A stretch of DNA of 64,000 bases from Camelus dromedarius (lineage: Eukaryota): the NCBI RefSeq assembly GCF_036321535.1, contig NC_087436.1:93124001-93188000 (forward strand). Direction: 5' to 3'. This document shows positions 63,031 through 64,000 of this stretch, one piece after another; positions within the stretch are counted from its first letter, which is position 1; each line of letters begins with the position of its first letter. The notes under the pieces were generated by a model. The model saw only the letters and a list, made by a program, of their open reading frames with translations, did no database searches and was not told the origin of the DNA. A program made the position numbers and the translations under genes.

Positions 63031-63174
63031 TGGAATTTAATTCTGGCTTGTAACAATAACATAACTATTATTGCTGCTACTGTTGATCTTGTCATGGTTA
63101 TTATTGAATGAATGCTTCACACATTCATCTGAGAGCAAAGTCAAAAGTAAATCATGTTTATAAAATGAACATTA

Positions 63175-63340
63175 ACACTGATGACCCAAAACATGCCAGG
63201 TACTGTTCTGAGGGCTTTAAATGTGTTAACTCATTAATCCTGAAAACACCTCCATTATAATATTATCCTATTTACAGCATAATATATGAGGAAACCAAAG
63301 CACAGAGAGGTTTAGCAACTTCAGCATGCACACACAGCAA
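63175..63340 (-). mobile_element. MIR
   Basis: tgccaggtactgttctgagggctttaaatgtgttaactcattaatcct...gaggaaaccaaagcacagagaggtttagcaactt. Confidence 0.82.
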
Positions 63341-64000
63341 GTCCCACTCCTACCCTCCAGGTTCAGTTTTTTGCCTCCCTGGGCATACCTGTCAGTCTCA
63401 TATTGTGTCATGATGGACCATTTAGCAGAGCCCTTGGTAGTTCCCTGACCTCATAAAAGGAAGAACAGATTTAAGAACAGAGAAGTCTGAATAGGTAGGT
63501 TCTGCAACTCTCCTGATGGGTACTTTGGGGGCACTTTTAAGAGCACTGCTGGTTGGAATTAAAGAGTTGTAGGACTGACAATGGTTCAGTCCTCAACGGG
63601 GAGCTGTCCAGCCTGGGCTTGAAAGGCTTCTGTGATGAGGAAGTGACTGATTTCTGATGCACTTCACTTCATCTCTGGGTAACTCCGAATGTGATAGAAA
63701 ACTCTTATGTTGTGCCAACATGGTATTCCCAACCATTTCTCCTCATCAGTTCTAATTCTACCTCCATGAAACTGCCTACATCATGCTCAGGCTGTCTTCC
63801 ATTTGACTGTCTTTCAATATTTTGATACTTCCTCATGTCTCTTCTCAGTCTTCTCTTCCCCACATTCAAAGCCTCGCAATTGCTTCCATCCATGTGACAT
63901 GACCCTTCATGTCCTCTCCCCCAGGGACCCCTACTTTAGTGGTTAAGAATTCAGGGATGGAATGAGACAGACGTTGTTTGAACCCTAGCTCTGTCTTACT

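Noticed and set aside
1-64000. CRISPR arrays, rRNA/tRNA genes, prokaryotic or viral systems, or a second protein-coding gene
   Set aside because: None seen. The tRNA-like text belongs to SINE heads, and the remaining ORFs are short with no recognisable homology.
37153-64000. LIMCH1 exons 1-3 (MACPALG...LPTPIAGL)
   Set aside because: I searched the minus strand by eye for the expected codons and did not find them. They probably lie beyond the right edge.

Overview
Mammalian genomic DNA, probably a camelid: it carries two tRNA-derived SINEs resembling the camelid Vic-1 type. The whole window lies inside LIMCH1, transcribed on the minus strand. I resolved 12 coding exons with GT-AG boundaries and consistent phases. 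Five are constitutive-type (37046-37152, 31753-31783, 29666-29776, 22844-23039, 17167-17419). They are followed by a block of seven cassette-type exons, A-G (16168 to 2039), that matches the long muscle-type LIMCH1 insert; its length is about 1617 nt / 539 aa, with the end of exon A hidden in an N gap. The first CH-domain exons lie beyond the right edge, and the coiled-coil and LIM exons beyond the left edge. The rest is intron rich in MIR, L2, old L1, MaLR LTRs and hAT MITEs, with four N gaps. I found no rRNA, tRNA, CRISPR or second gene. The most notable structure is that the cassette exons carry repeated copies of a (P)DxxKDDxxARR module, sit on a phase 2-2 grid, and are flanked by MBNL/RBFOX-type motifs. 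There are also candidates for an intronic polyA site, a 37-nt poison exon and internal promoters. Gene identification rests on recalled protein sequences, and repeat family names and edges are by eye.
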